NCBI GenBank assembly: GCA_020184695.1 | Contig: JAANOX010000241.1 | Coordinates: 186,001-250,000 of the forward strand | Length of the DNA: 64,000 bases | Origin: Histomonas meleagridis 2922-C6/04-290x | Lineage: Eukaryota; Protista; Parabasalia | Direction: 5' to 3' | Part shown: positions 32,367 through 43,279 of the stretch, in pieces | How the letters are laid out: each line of letters begins with the position of its first letter | Position numbering within the stretch: position 1 is the first letter of the stretch | The notes under the pieces: generated by a model | What the model was told of the DNA's origin: nothing | The model's input: the letters and a program-made list of their open reading frames with translations, nothing else | Databases searched by the model: none | Program-made: the position numbers and the translations under genes

Positions 32367-32822
32367 GGGTAATCGTTCAAAGTTAGTCAGAAATTTTGAA
32401 TCAAAAGTAACACGTGTTTTGAGCGAAGTTTCACAAAAAACAGTTTTTCCAAGCCGAATAAACTATTGAAAAATGCACACAATTTAGAGGGAATCATCGG
32501 GAGGATAAATTTTGTAACGGGGCAGCTGAAGAGTCAATTTGGATAGAAATCTCCATTGCGCATTTCATTCAATGAATAAATGATATTTGATAGTTTAAAC
32601 ATTCTGAAATTTTAGGAAACAGCTATAATTTTGGCACATAATGAAGAAAGTAAAAACCTCACAAAAAAATGATTCGGTTTTTTGGGGTGGTCCAAAAAGC
32701 AATTGGCTTGGCAGGAAAAAAATCATTCAAAAATCTAGTGGCACATTTTTTACAAGCTTAAACTTCTAAATGACACTTTTCCGATTTTATTGACTATACT
32801 CTGTTTGAATTAGACAAGGTTG

Positions 32823-33590
32823 ATGCCTGTGCTTCCGCGAGCATACATAATTATAATTGATAATACAGACACATCAATAGATGGAGATTTCTATCCAAAT
32901 CGTCTTGAGGCGCAAAAAACCGCAGCTTCAAGACTAATTCAGTATCTATCAAAACAATCAAATCATGCACAATTTGGAATTGGTGTTATTGGTAAAAATG
33001 GTCCTGGTGTTGTTACATCTCTTACAAGTGATTCAATCATATTAACAAATTCAATTTTATCAATTCAAACAGGCGGAAAAGCACAGCTTATTCATACAAT
33101 AAGGTGTTCATTTCTTGCATTTAAGAACACAGATACTTCATTCATGGAAAAATCTATAATTGCATTTATTGGAACACATAATGATGTCAATCGTGACAAT
33201 GCAGGAGTTATCGCCAGAATTGCAAATGAATCAAATGTTTCAATTAACATAGTTTCGATGGGAAGTGATGTTGATAATAATGATATTCTTGAAGAGCTTG
33301 TAGGAATGATCAAATGCCCATCATACATTGTAAAAGCAGAAAGCTCATCTTCAACACTTCTATCGGATGTTGTTTTAGCGTCACAAATCGGACCTGGCGA
33401 TGGATCACAACTTGAAGATCCCGATATTGATCCAGATTTAGCATTGACAATCCAAATGTCTCTTGAGGATAATCAAGATGATCTCATTGATGATGAAGAA
33501 CTTCGGCGAGTGATACAAGAATCACTTCAGGATTCAATCGATCCACATGAAATGATGAAACCACCACACGAAGAAAATAAAAAAAAATAA
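32823..33590 (+). CDS. RPN10: 26S proteasome ubiquitin receptor Rpn10/PSMD4 (VWA plus UIM)
   Basis: IDNTDTSIDGDFYPNRLEAQKTAA, SLTSD and a UIM-like DPDIDPDLALTIQMSLED. First ATG at 32823. Confidence 0.9.
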   Translation: MPVLPRAYIIIIDNTDTSIDGDFYPNRLEAQKTAASRLIQYLSKQSNHAQFGIGVIGKNGPGVVTSLTSDSIILTNSILSIQTGGKAQLIHTIRCSFLAFKNTDTSFMEKSIIAFIGTHNDVNRDNAGVIARIANESNVSINIVSMGSDVDNNDILEELVGMIKCPSYIVKAESSSSTLLSDVVLASQIGPGDGSQLEDPDIDPDLALTIQMSLEDNQDDLIDDEELRRVIQESLQDSIDPHEMMKPPHEENKKK

Positions 33591-33690
33591 CGGGCCCCGA
33601 AATAATAATAACAAATAAATTATATCGAGCGTTTCTACATTTTTTTGTGATTCAACCCCTCATTATAAAAAAGTGACATTTTCGACCATA

Positions 33691-33781
33691 TTAACGGTTT
33701 CTTTTTAAACGTAAAAATAAATTAACGGTTTCTGTTGTGACCTAACGATAAGTTAACGGCTTTGGCCCTCCTTTGCTCCCG
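33691..33781 (+). promoter_or_regulatory. Ribosomal-protein-type core promoter: three TTAACGG (Myb/M3-like) motifs and a CCTTT (M5-like) motif
   Basis: TTAACGG at 33691, 33722 and 33753. CCTTT at 33770-33774, just upstream of ATG 33782. Confidence 0.6.
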
Positions 33782-34543
33782 ATGCAAGCTGATAGAGAAT
33801 CCTCCATCAAGAAGATGCTCGCTGCTAAAGTTCACATTGGTTCATCCAATCTTTCGTTTGGAATGCAACCATATGTATTCACACGCACAAAAACAGGAAC
33901 ACACATCATTAACCTTGAATGACTTATGAAAAAGATCAAACTTGCAGCACGTATGATTTATGCAGTTGAAGAACCACGTGATGTTCTTGCTATTTCCGCT
34001 AAACCATTCGGTCAACGTGCAGTTCATAAGTTTTCACAATTCCTTGATTGCCTTTGCATTAACCAACGTTTCACGCCAGGTAACTTCACTAACCACTAAA
34101 TCAAAGGTAAATTTATGGAACCACGTCTTCGCTTTGTTTGTGATCCAAACAATGATATACAAGCTATCACTGAAGCTGCATATGCTAACATCCCATGCAT
34201 TGCACTTTGTGACACTGATGCCAGCCTTCGTTTTGTTGACTGTGTCATTCCATGCAACACCAAGAATAAGACCTCAATTGGTCTTGTCATGTGGTTACTT
34301 ACACGCGAAGTCTTACGTCTTCGTGGCGAACTTCTCCGCACACAAGAATGGAAAGTTCTTCCCGATCTTTACTTCTATCGTGATACACGCGATGAACAAA
34401 ACATCCAAGAACAAATCGATCACGAAGGAGAAGAAGCAGTCGCAACTGATGTTACAACAGTTGATTCTACACCTACTGCTGATGGTGGTGCAGCACAATC
34501 AGAACAAGAATGGAACAATGCTGGCGAAGGTGCTGGTTGGTAA
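33782..34543 (+). pseudogene. RPSA: 40S ribosomal protein uS2/SA, disrupted (compensating -1/+1 indels and an in-frame TAA)
   Basis: MLAAKVHIGSSN...HIINLE, then -1/+1 indels at 33918-33932, then [20 protein letters not shown] (TAA at 34097-34099), [12 protein letters not shown] and PDLYFYRD. Net length is 254 codons. Confidence 0.85.
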
Positions 34544-35104
34544 ATAAAAGCAAAAACATTTATACTTTTAAGCGTATAAATTAAAGCACAAAACGGTACT
34601 CAAGATAGAGTTAAGTGAATGTAAAACATGTTTAGAAACTTCAATTCACTTTAAAAAATGGTATTAATATTAAAATTAGTAAATTGAATTCTATAACATT
34701 GCCTCAACATTATCAGAATAAAAGAAAGAAAGAACAAGTTCATCAGTTTAACTATTCTGCAGAAATATATAGAACGTTTATTTTTTTGTAACGCCGCTAG
34801 CAAAATTGTGTGAGTTACATATCGTTTCTCATAAAAACCGTATCGGCAGATTTAGCTGGACTGAAAAGTGAGAAATGCTATCCAAAACAAAACGGTTTTT
34901 TTTTGTGAGTGATGTTTCTGGATGAAAAAATATGAATAAATTTATCTTTTTTTGTCTTATTAAAAAATGAAAAACAACTTGCATAAAATCAACATAATAA
35001 ATATTCTATTTCAATATTAGATTTATTTATATAAATTCTTTCTAGAAACTTCAAAATAACGAAGTTTTATTTTTGTGAAATTGAATACATTGAATGTTAC
35101 ATTG

Positions 35105-36379
35105 ATGAAAGAAATCAACCTATCCGCTAAGGGGATAGTGAACTTACAGACCAATAATACGAGTGAAGATTTTGTGTTCTATGTTGATGAAAAAGAGTAT
35201 CATTGCAATAGAGTTTGCGCTGATTTTATTTCTCCAAACATCTCTCGTCTACATTTAATTGATCCTACAATCAATTCATACAGCATAAATGTACACGATA
35301 CAGATGGTAATTTCAATAAAGTGATCCAATTAATGAATGGTCAATCTATATCGGTTGATGAAAATTCATCACAATTCTTAATGCACGTTGGCATTCTCCT
35401 TGGCAACAATGAGCTTGTTGAAAAGGTTGCATCAGAGAAAGACATAAATATAGAACAAATTTTGGAACACTTTTCACAAGGAAATGTTTTCCAAAAAGAA
35501 GTTGATAAATTCGCATCAATGCTTACTGAAGTCAGCGCAGATCTTGTAAAGAGTATTGATCCTAACATATTATATCAAATTCTTACCAATGAAAATCTCA
35601 AAGTCAAATCCGAAAACGCATTACTAGATGCAATTCTCGACCTCATTGACTATGACAAGGAAAGCAACTTATTTTTACTTGACGCAATTCATTTCGAGAA
35701 TATCAGCACAGATAAAATGCAAAGATTCATCAAAACTGTCACTTTCGAAGACATCTCTCCACAAGTATGGGATTCCTTATGCCAGCGTATGCTTAATCAA
35801 ACGGAAGCCACTTCAACAACTTCATCTTCCAATTCTGATAATGCCAAGCAAAATGAAGTTGTCGAAATTCCATGTGAAAAACCATTCGAGGGCATCATCT
35901 CATACCTTACAAAGAAGTGTGGTGGTAATGTCAACGAAAAAGGAATTGTAATAATAACATCTGAAACCGCTCTTAAATCACCAAAAAGGCATCCCTCTGT
36001 TGTTGCTGACTTCTCGTCACCCGACTATTACTATTCTCTTGACTCCAAGACGAATTGGATCAAATTTCATTTCATCAATTCGACTGTTTCAATTACGAGT
36101 TACACGCTTAAATCGGTTCCAATAGGACCACGTGGTGGACATCTTAAGTCATGGGTTGTTGAAGGATCGAATGATAATGAAAGTTGGTCGGAGATCGATT
36201 CGCGCCTCAATTGTAATGACTTAAACAATAAAAACGCAACTAAAACATACCCGTGTAAGAACCAAATCGAAGTATCCTTCATCAGGATACGTCAGATTGG
36301 CGAGAATCACGCGGGGAATAACTTCATGTGTTTGTCTGCCGTAGAGTTTTATGGAACTCTTCGGAATAAAGCGAATTAA
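35105..36379 (+). CDS. BTB/BACK-like plus F5/8 type C (discoidin) domain protein
   Basis: DFVFYVDEKEYHCNRVCADFISPNISRL, then GIISYLTKKCGGNV, SITSYTLKS, HLKSWVVEGSND and FIRIRQIGENH. First ATG at 35105. Confidence 0.85.
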   Translation: MKEINLSAKGIVNLQTNNTSEDFVFYVDEKEYHCNRVCADFISPNISRLHLIDPTINSYSINVHDTDGNFNKVIQLMNGQSISVDENSSQFLMHVGILLGNNELVEKVASEKDINIEQILEHFSQGNVFQKEVDKFASMLTEVSADLVKSIDPNILYQILTNENLKVKSENALLDAILDLIDYDKESNLFLLDAIHFENISTDKMQRFIKTVTFEDISPQVWDSLCQRMLNQTEATSTTSSSNSDNAKQNEVVEIPCEKPFEGIISYLTKKCGGNVNEKGIVIITSETALKSPKRHPSVVADFSSPDYYYSLDSKTNWIKFHFINSTVSITSYTLKSVPIGPRGGHLKSWVVEGSNDNESWSEIDSRLNCNDLNNKNATKTYPCKNQIEVSFIRIRQIGENHAGNNFMCLSAVEFYGTLRNKAN

Positions 36380-36647
36380 ACTCGCGAAGTATTTAGTTTC
36401 TGAATAAATGTGCAAATAATAATTTGTTTTAACGTGGGTTTGATGAAAATCACATCAAAGAATTTCATAAAACGATAGAACTTACAAAATGACGATGACT
36501 TTTTATGTGGAATTTGTCTATCGTTTATTGAAACTTGTTACAATATCAGTTATAATTAAAAATATCTTTAATTACATTGAATATGAGCGTGCTTAATTTG
36601 CAGCTTAAAATATTTTAAATGTATTTGATGTTTATTAATATATTTTA

Positions 36648-38279
36648 TCAATATTGATCATCTTCGTTATCAGAAGCATTTGGTGAAGCATCGTCATAAT
36701 ATTCCATATTCCTTCCATAGAGAATTGGTTCCTCTTCAATTTCATCATCGCAGGCATTAAAATATTTATACAATTGCACTGTTAACAACGAAATTGACGA
36801 TTGTTCCTCCATATTATATTCAGCTTCTTCAGCCAATTCGATAATACGATCAGCATAATATCGTAAAGGCTCAAAAAATTTCGGATTTCTTCTTCTATTT
36901 TTATCCCAAAAGAACTCCTCACTCCATCTATTAATCACACTATTAATTGCATAATAAAAATCCTTATTACCGATATCAATTTTATTCAAAATGCACTCAA
37001 ACAAACCGAATCTTTCATCCACAAATGCCATATATTGGTCAATATTACAATTTTTAAATGTCTCACAAACGAAAAAAATGAATTCTTCAATTATACAAAA
37101 AGGAACCTCATCAATTTTTTGCATAAATTCCGAATATATACCAAAATTTGTTATATTTGTTATTGCTTTCTCTGTGTCCACCTTAATATAATTCGACAAA
37201 AGCCTTAAGGAGGAACATGTTACATTTATACCATTAAAATAATTATCTTTTACGTTATTATTAACTTTAAAACAATATAATGAAAGAAATTGAACAATAT
37301 CAATTGGAAATAATTCAAGTTCTGTACATTGTAGTGCTTTATCAAGTGATTCTTTCAACACATCGATTGCGAGAATTAAAAGTTTAATTTGGTTTTTTTT
37401 TACCCGAATTTGGGTTTCATCTACTTTATCAAGATCAAAAATAAAACTTCCAACAACATCTTTAAGTCTTCCTAATATAACATATAAAGGAGTTAAGATA
37501 TGAAAATCATTAAATAAATGTGTAATAAGATTTTGGTTTTCAATTAATGCTGAAGTACTATATAAAAAGGAATAAAATGCTTCTATTTGATACAGTTTGC
37601 CAAGAGCTGGAAAAAGTAAATTTACTTTTTGCTCAGCTGTTAAACTTGGCTCTTCTTCGGTGTATTTAATAGTACATAAGTAATGGATAATGGATCCATA
37701 TGAATCCCCATCCTCAGGATCAATGGTTTCATTCATAAAAAAGTTAAGAAAGTTTTGATATTCACTTTGAAGAAAAGTATTTCGTAAATTTGGAACTTCC
37801 AGAAGACCGTTTTGGAAGAAATAGGCTGAAAGGAGGATAATCTTATGATTGTTGGTTTGATCAAGAATGGTTTTATATGCTTTAAAGTAAATTTCTTTTT
37901 CAAACAAATATTGATAATATTCCGGTCTAAAATATGAAAAATTGTATATGATGAATAAGGCAGCCATGGATAAGGCATTGATTTCACAATTCATATAGAT
38001 GTTTATGAAAAAATCAAGACAATTTAAATCAGCAAAAATTTCAATAAAAATTCCACGGTCTTTGTATATTCTGTTATTTACCATGTACATGAGATTTTCT
38101 ACATGTTCAATAGCTTCTTCATCCGCCAGACCTTGTTCAAATTTAATTTTTATCTGTTCTAAATCGATTTTATATTGATCAACATCATTAGATGATGGAC
38201 CCTTGCGTGTTGAGGTAATGAGGTGTGCTTTATTTTTGATGTTCCTTTTAACAAGAGGTTGTTTGAAGCTTAGTTGCAT
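36648..38279 (-). CDS. ARM/HEAT-like alpha-solenoid protein of unknown function
   Basis: Long stop-free helical, Leu/Ile/Phe-rich frame. The likely ATG is at 38279 (the ORF track extends to 38375). No diagnostic motif recognised. Confidence 0.55.
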   Translation of the reverse strand: MQLSFKQPLVKRNIKNKAHLITSTRKGPSSNDVDQYKIDLEQIKIKFEQGLADEEAIEHVENLMYMVNNRIYKDRGIFIEIFADLNCLDFFINIYMNCEINALSMAALFIIYNFSYFRPEYYQYLFEKEIYFKAYKTILDQTNNHKIILLSAYFFQNGLLEVPNLRNTFLQSEYQNFLNFFMNETIDPEDGDSYGSIIHYLCTIKYTEEEPSLTAEQKVNLLFPALGKLYQIEAFYSFLYSTSALIENQNLITHLFNDFHILTPLYVILGRLKDVVGSFIFDLDKVDETQIRVKKNQIKLLILAIDVLKESLDKALQCTELELFPIDIVQFLSLYCFKVNNNVKDNYFNGINVTCSSLRLLSNYIKVDTEKAITNITNFGIYSEFMQKIDEVPFCIIEEFIFFVCETFKNCNIDQYMAFVDERFGLFECILNKIDIGNKDFYYAINSVINRWSEEFFWDKNRRRNPKFFEPLRYYADRIIELAEEAEYNMEEQSSISLLTVQLYKYFNACDDEIEEEPILYGRNMEYYDDASPNASDNEDDQY

Positions 38280-38490
38280 TCTTCCTTGACAGATCTTTTT
38301 TTCTTTTAATTTGTTCAGATATTGAGAAAAAGGATATGACATACCAAAAATAATTGCAGAAAAAAAGCCAGCCAAGTGAGTGAAGGAAGCTAAAATCTTT
38401 ATTTTAAGAGATATCTGTAAACTCCATTAGCATGCCAGATATGTTAATTAAAAGAAATTTAAAAAATAATAATTATAAATTAGGCGTTGT

Positions 38491-38955
38491 TTAGAACTTC
38501 ATGAGGTGTGGGCGATCTCCTGGTCTGAGGGAGAATGTAGCCTTAAGATAGTCAGCCATTTCAGGGATTTTTTCTGCAGCAGCATCAATTGCTTTAGCAG
38601 AACTTGCTTCATCAACATTTCCAATTTCGAGCTTGGTTGATGTGGCAATTAAGAAGTCTTGATCAATTTCAATTGGTTTGATAGCTGGGCCATTAACCTT
38701 AACAATTCCTTTACCATTATCAGCAAAAACAACTCCGCGCTTGCCCTTAAACTCACCATCAAGAATGATAACAATGGTTCCAATTTGTAAGGAATCACGT
38801 GTCTTCCTTTCTGGGACTGGAATTTCTTCGGGTTTGACTGGATCAATTTCAGCAGCAACAGCTGGACGTGTTAAGGCAACACGTGGAATGCCGTGCCATG
38901 TTGGTTTTCTTGGATCCTTTTTTTGGATTGGTGTTAAGAAGAGCAAATCAGTCAT
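38491..38955 (-). CDS. RPL6: 60S ribosomal protein eL6 (compact form)
   Basis: RDSLQIGTIVIILDGEFKGKRGVV (KOW-like), DQDFLIATSTKLEI and YLKATFSLRPGDRPHLMKF. Confidence 0.88.
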   Translation of the reverse strand: MTDLLFLTPIQKKDPRKPTWHGIPRVALTRPAVAAEIDPVKPEEIPVPERKTRDSLQIGTIVIILDGEFKGKRGVVFADNGKGIVKVNGPAIKPIEIDQDFLIATSTKLEIGNVDEASSAKAIDAAAEKIPEMADYLKATFSLRPGDRPHLMKF

Positions 38956-38990
38956 TTCGAAAAAGGGAGGACCATAACCGGCGTCACTTT
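38956..38990 (-). promoter_or_regulatory. M5-like CCCTTT and M3-like GCCGGTT core promoter of RPL6
   Basis: The minus strand reads GTGACGCCGGTTATGGTCCTCCCTTTTTCGAA-ATG. Confidence 0.6.
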
Positions 38991-39529
38991 TCAGTTTATT
39001 GATATGAAAGAAGAAATTGAACTATCACTTATGATCTTCTTTTTAACTAATATATAACTAATAAAATTAATTAATTGTTGTGATTTTTTAAAATTTCTAC
39101 AAAATGAATGCAAATAAAAATAAAAAAGAATTTTCATATCAATGCTTTAAAACAGATCTAAATCAAATGTTTGCATAATTTAATTAATGATGGAATGATA
39201 TACGCTTAGTAAATTCATGTAAGTCAAAAACAAAATTTTATAATATTTCGATATAAAGAAAAAAAGAAAATTAATGCAAACAAATGTTCGAGACAATAAC
39301 TTCATTTAGTGAGTGTGGTAACAATAATTTTATTTTACCAAGCAATGTTAGATGATTTCCTTGGATAATAAGTAAAAATTAGAAGCAAAAAGACTTTTTC
39401 ATTTTTTTAAGTTCCTAATAATTAAAATCCATTTAAGTAAAGTTTAAATAGAAAATACTTTTGTTTATAAATATGCTCAAATAATTAAATAATAAAAATA
39501 TATGGTCGGATGAACACGTTGTAATTTAA

Positions 39530-39832
39530 TTAAGCAGCAGTTGCCCTTTCCATTAATCTTTCTAAAACACGGCCTAATTGTTTTAATAACATATCATGTT
39601 CTTGAAGCGCTGTTTGATAATCTTGATTTAACTTTTCCCTACTAACGTCTGTTGGGAAGTCTTCATCAATTACTATTCCATCATCTTCATCTTCAGGAGT
39701 AGTATTTTTTTGATTGATATTTTCACTTTCTTTTTTATTTGATAACTTGCGTGTTTTAGATGCCTTTTTCTGTTGGCTTTTTGGTGATGTTTCTTTTTCT
39801 TGAGGTACTAGGGAAAACCTTGAACTTCTCAT
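39530..39832 (-). CDS. Small hypothetical protein (basic/acidic N-terminus, coiled-coil C-terminus)
   Basis: 100-aa ATG-to-TAA ORF with protein-like composition, divergent from the gene at 39868. Confidence 0.6.
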   Translation of the reverse strand: MRSSRFSLVPQEKETSPKSQQKKASKTRKLSNKKESENINQKNTTPEDEDDGIVIDEDFPTDVSREKLNQDYQTALQEHDMLLKQLGRVLERLMERATAA

Positions 39833-39867
39833 TCGTGTGAATTGATTTCACATAACATGTCATCAAA

Positions 39868-40362
39868 ATGTTTGAAGAACAAGAAATTGACCAAGAACTT
39901 ATGGACAAATTAGTCCAAAAATTAACAAAACCTCAAATAAATGTCCAGGTTGATACATCATTTGCTACACCATATGATGCATATACATTATTATTGGAAA
40001 CTGTTAGACAAACAATTCCACCAGAAAAAATTCAACAATTCGTTCAAGCAAGAGGTCAAGATCCAACACTAGAAAGTGCTCTTTCCGTAAAGTTTGTATA
40101 TGATCTTGCTTTTTCAGAATTACTTGAACTATTTCCCTCAGAACAACAACAACAACAACAAGAGCAACGTCAGCCGCCAATTCCCCCACCTCCACCGGTA
40201 CAAATAATTTCTCAGCCAATACCACAATTCCAAAGACAACCCTCTCCAAATCAAATTCCTCAACCAAATACTCAGATACCTGAAGCACCAACAAGTGAAG
40301 AAGAAAAGAAAGCGAGTGATGTATTTGATATTAATTTGACTGATTTCATGTTTGATAATTAA
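39868..40362 (+). CDS. Hypothetical protein with a Q/P-rich C-terminal region
   Basis: 164-aa ORF ending in TAAA. Confidence 0.7.
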   Translation: MFEEQEIDQELMDKLVQKLTKPQINVQVDTSFATPYDAYTLLLETVRQTIPPEKIQQFVQARGQDPTLESALSVKFVYDLAFSELLELFPSEQQQQQQEQRQPPIPPPPPVQIISQPIPQFQRQPSPNQIPQPNTQIPEAPTSEEEKKASDVFDINLTDFMFDN

Positions 40363-40556
40363 ATGTTATTAGCAATGAATCGAATAAAAAAAATTTTATT
40401 TTATGTTTATATTTGGTTTGATTAGTAAGTTATTACATACCAAATATCTGAAAAATGTTTTCCTTGAACAGTATTTGAATTTAAAAAATGTGGAAACAAA
40501 AATTTTATTTGTGAATAGCGGTATAATATATAAAAAAGGAACTTAACAGATGAATA

Positions 40557-40868
40557 TCAGAAGTAGCTTTGTAATCCTGTTAAGATCGTATGATATTGGA
40601 AAAATACGATAAAAAGAACAAAACAAAGTATTGCAAAAATTTGAAAGAACACCATATGTTTCCCATACCGGCGATTAATCAGCAATGATACGAGTCCAAA
40701 AATCGAGATCCATCCAAATAAAAGATGTTTTTTGAGAAGTCCTATTGCACTTAAACAAAGCAAAAATAATGAAATTACATCACCCCATTCGCGTGAGTCT
40801 GGGAGGTCACCTTTTAAAACATATGCAGCATTAATGTCTGGCTTTAATGTTAAATTTTTCTTCACCAT
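40557..40868 (-). CDS. Small ER membrane protein, Asterix/PAT10 (WDR83OS)-like
   Basis: Three TM segments. The pattern D..WGDVISLFLLCLSAIGLLKKHLLFGWISIFGLVSLLINRR parallels the Asterix family. ATG at 40868. Confidence 0.5.
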   Translation of the reverse strand: MVKKNLTLKPDINAAYVLKGDLPDSREWGDVISLFLLCLSAIGLLKKHLLFGWISIFGLVSLLINRRYGKHMVFFQIFAILCFVLFIVFFQYHTILTGLQSYF

Positions 40869-41013
40869 CCTTTTTAGCGGCCGTTTTTTATTCGTTTGGA
40901 ATTGACAATGTTCGTTTGAAACCAAACGTAATTTTCTATCGTAAACAGACCCACTCAAAAAACCAAAACAAAAAAAAAATTATTTCTAAATTACACCTTT
41001 ATTCTAAATTATT

Positions 41014-42834
41014 TTAAACAGAAAACAATAGTGCCTCCACTTCATCAGAATTTTCAGTTCCTCTTTTTTGCTTATAAACCCAAAATGCCAACATTACATA
41101 CATTACAATTGGCAATATGGAAAACGACGGACTAATCAAAGAAGGAATTACTCCGAACATATTAATCAGCCAAATGAACTCATACCAAACTCCCAAAAAA
41201 GACGAAACGAACAAAAACAAATCGAACAACAAAATCTTTCTTTTTTTCTTTGAAAAAACAACAGCGTTTACGACGACGAAAATCGGGTACAAGTGGAAAT
41301 AAAAGAAATATAATGCGTAGATAAAGCCCATATAGTGGAACTTGAATTTGGTTCCTTGTGTAAACCCTAAAAGTGACATGAAACCGATCAAATTTTCGTT
41401 TGTGAAGAAAACGTGTGGCAAAAACAAGGACCACACGAAAGATGCTAATAAAAGGTAATAAAAGCATTTTGGTAATGAATAAATACTTGTTCTTAACATA
41501 TCAAAACTTGATAACAAAGCGAATTTTCTTTTACAATCTGTGGAAGGTTTTGCGGGTAAAAAAATCATTATTATAATGATTAAATTAATAACAAAACATG
41601 TGATAATTATTGTTTGCTTTTCAAACGTATCATATCTATGCTCAATGAATCCTTTGATTTTATTACCAACAGTGAAATTGATATATCCTTTCCAATCGCC
41701 AATCATTTCGAACGAATATTCGCCTGCATCTAAATTAATTGGTAATGAACATAAGTAAATTCCTTCTTCAAGTTTTTTCGCGCATTTTAATTGCCCATTA
41801 ATGGATCCTTTTATAGATAAATTAACATTTATATCATCCGAAAAAAGTAACGCTCGAACTTCTGTGTTGTTTTGAGAAAACGAATCATAACTACTGGTTT
41901 GATTTGTTGGAACAGGATTGGTAAGGATAGCTAATGGTGGGTTATCTAAATTGATAATGTGATATGCAGAATGAAAATTATCAATGGTGACAATGCCGAT
42001 ATTACTGGATTTGAATAGGGGTGGACCAACCGCTTCAAAAGTGTCACCAAAATGCATAAAATAACCGTTAGCCGGATGGAGGTGCCCCGAAATGAAGAAC
42101 CTTAAATTTTTGGAGATACTAAGGATCTTAATAAGCCTTTGATGATCTACAAACCGAAATATTGGTATGTGTGAAACAATGATTGTATAATCAGAGTTGC
42201 TTTTGGAAAGTTCGGTTTTAAGAAGTTGTTCAAACTCATTTGAGATATACATGGATTGATAAAAGCAAATGGGACCTATGGGGAAATCAAATACATTTAT
42301 AGAAATAAATTTAACTTTGAAATTATCTTGTGTGAAAAATGAAACATTCATGTGGAATGTATCTTTGTCATATAAAAAATCTTTCCCATAGTTGTTGGGA
42401 TAATCAAAGTCTGGTATAAGAAAAAGATCATGGTTCCCAACAACTGATATTACTTTGTCATTGGTAAAATTTAATTCTTTGTACATTAACTTTAGAAGTT
42501 CCCAATCTTCTTTATTTTGTTGGTGATATGGTCTTACTGGATGTTGAATATAATTTCTAACCAAATCTCCTGTAAGCATTATTCTTTTTGGTTTGAAGAT
42601 ATTTATTGACTTATTGAGAGAAGAAAATATATGTGGTTTTGATTCAGGCCAGACAGAAGAAAGATGTGTGTCTGAAGCATGAAGAAACCAAATTGGATTA
42701 AAAGAAGAGTTCCAATCTTTCCTGTAAGAAACAAAATCTTTTGTTCTTTGCCCAGGGTAAAGAGGTAAAAAGAGGGCAAGTGGGAGAATTATTAAAATAA
42801 GCCAGATGTGCTGGGTGATCAATTTTTTGTCCAT
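41014..42834 (-). CDS. Calcineurin-like metallophosphoesterase with C-terminal TM helices (TMEM62-like)
   Basis: HASDTHLS, LTGDLV, VGNHD, SHIP and SGHLHP motifs, an N-terminal TM and a multi-TM C-terminus. ATG at 42834. Confidence 0.8.
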   Translation of the reverse strand: MDKKLITQHIWLILIILPLALFLPLYPGQRTKDFVSYRKDWNSSFNPIWFLHASDTHLSSVWPESKPHIFSSLNKSINIFKPKRIMLTGDLVRNYIQHPVRPYHQQNKEDWELLKLMYKELNFTNDKVISVVGNHDLFLIPDFDYPNNYGKDFLYDKDTFHMNVSFFTQDNFKVKFISINVFDFPIGPICFYQSMYISNEFEQLLKTELSKSNSDYTIIVSHIPIFRFVDHQRLIKILSISKNLRFFISGHLHPANGYFMHFGDTFEAVGPPLFKSSNIGIVTIDNFHSAYHIINLDNPPLAILTNPVPTNQTSSYDSFSQNNTEVRALLFSDDINVNLSIKGSINGQLKCAKKLEEGIYLCSLPINLDAGEYSFEMIGDWKGYINFTVGNKIKGFIEHRYDTFEKQTIIITCFVINLIIIIMIFLPAKPSTDCKRKFALLSSFDMLRTSIYSLPKCFYYLLLASFVWSLFLPHVFFTNENLIGFMSLLGFTQGTKFKFHYMGFIYALYFFYFHLYPIFVVVNAVVFSKKKRKILLFDLFLFVSSFLGVWYEFIWLINMFGVIPSLISPSFSILPIVMYVMLAFWVYKQKRGTENSDEVEALLFSV

Positions 42835-43279
42835 TTTAAACGGCTTTTGAGAAACATGAAAAAGAGTGAAATGTAAAGAAAAGTGCAAAAATCAAATAAC
42901 GGATTAAACCAAATGATTCTGCATCATCACATGAATAAACAACGAAAAAAGGATATTAAATCGCATGAAATCCATTTCAATTTGCAAACCTGCATGAGTT
43001 CCATCACAGTAATAAATAAGTTATTTGTGGTTTTGGCTAACATTTAATTTCAAATTTTAAGTTTATTATGTTGATTTTGAAATATATTTTCAATTAAATT
43101 AAAAAAAACAAAATTACAATATGAATCATTTTTTATTTGAATAATTTTTTTGAAAGTTTGATTACAAACAGTTGTTACATTGATCAAAGGGAAACCAAAG
43201 TTGTTTTAATGTAATTTAAGCAAATTTTTATTAAATTAAATCGCCTATGATTTTGAGAAAATTGATCTTCTGTTATATG

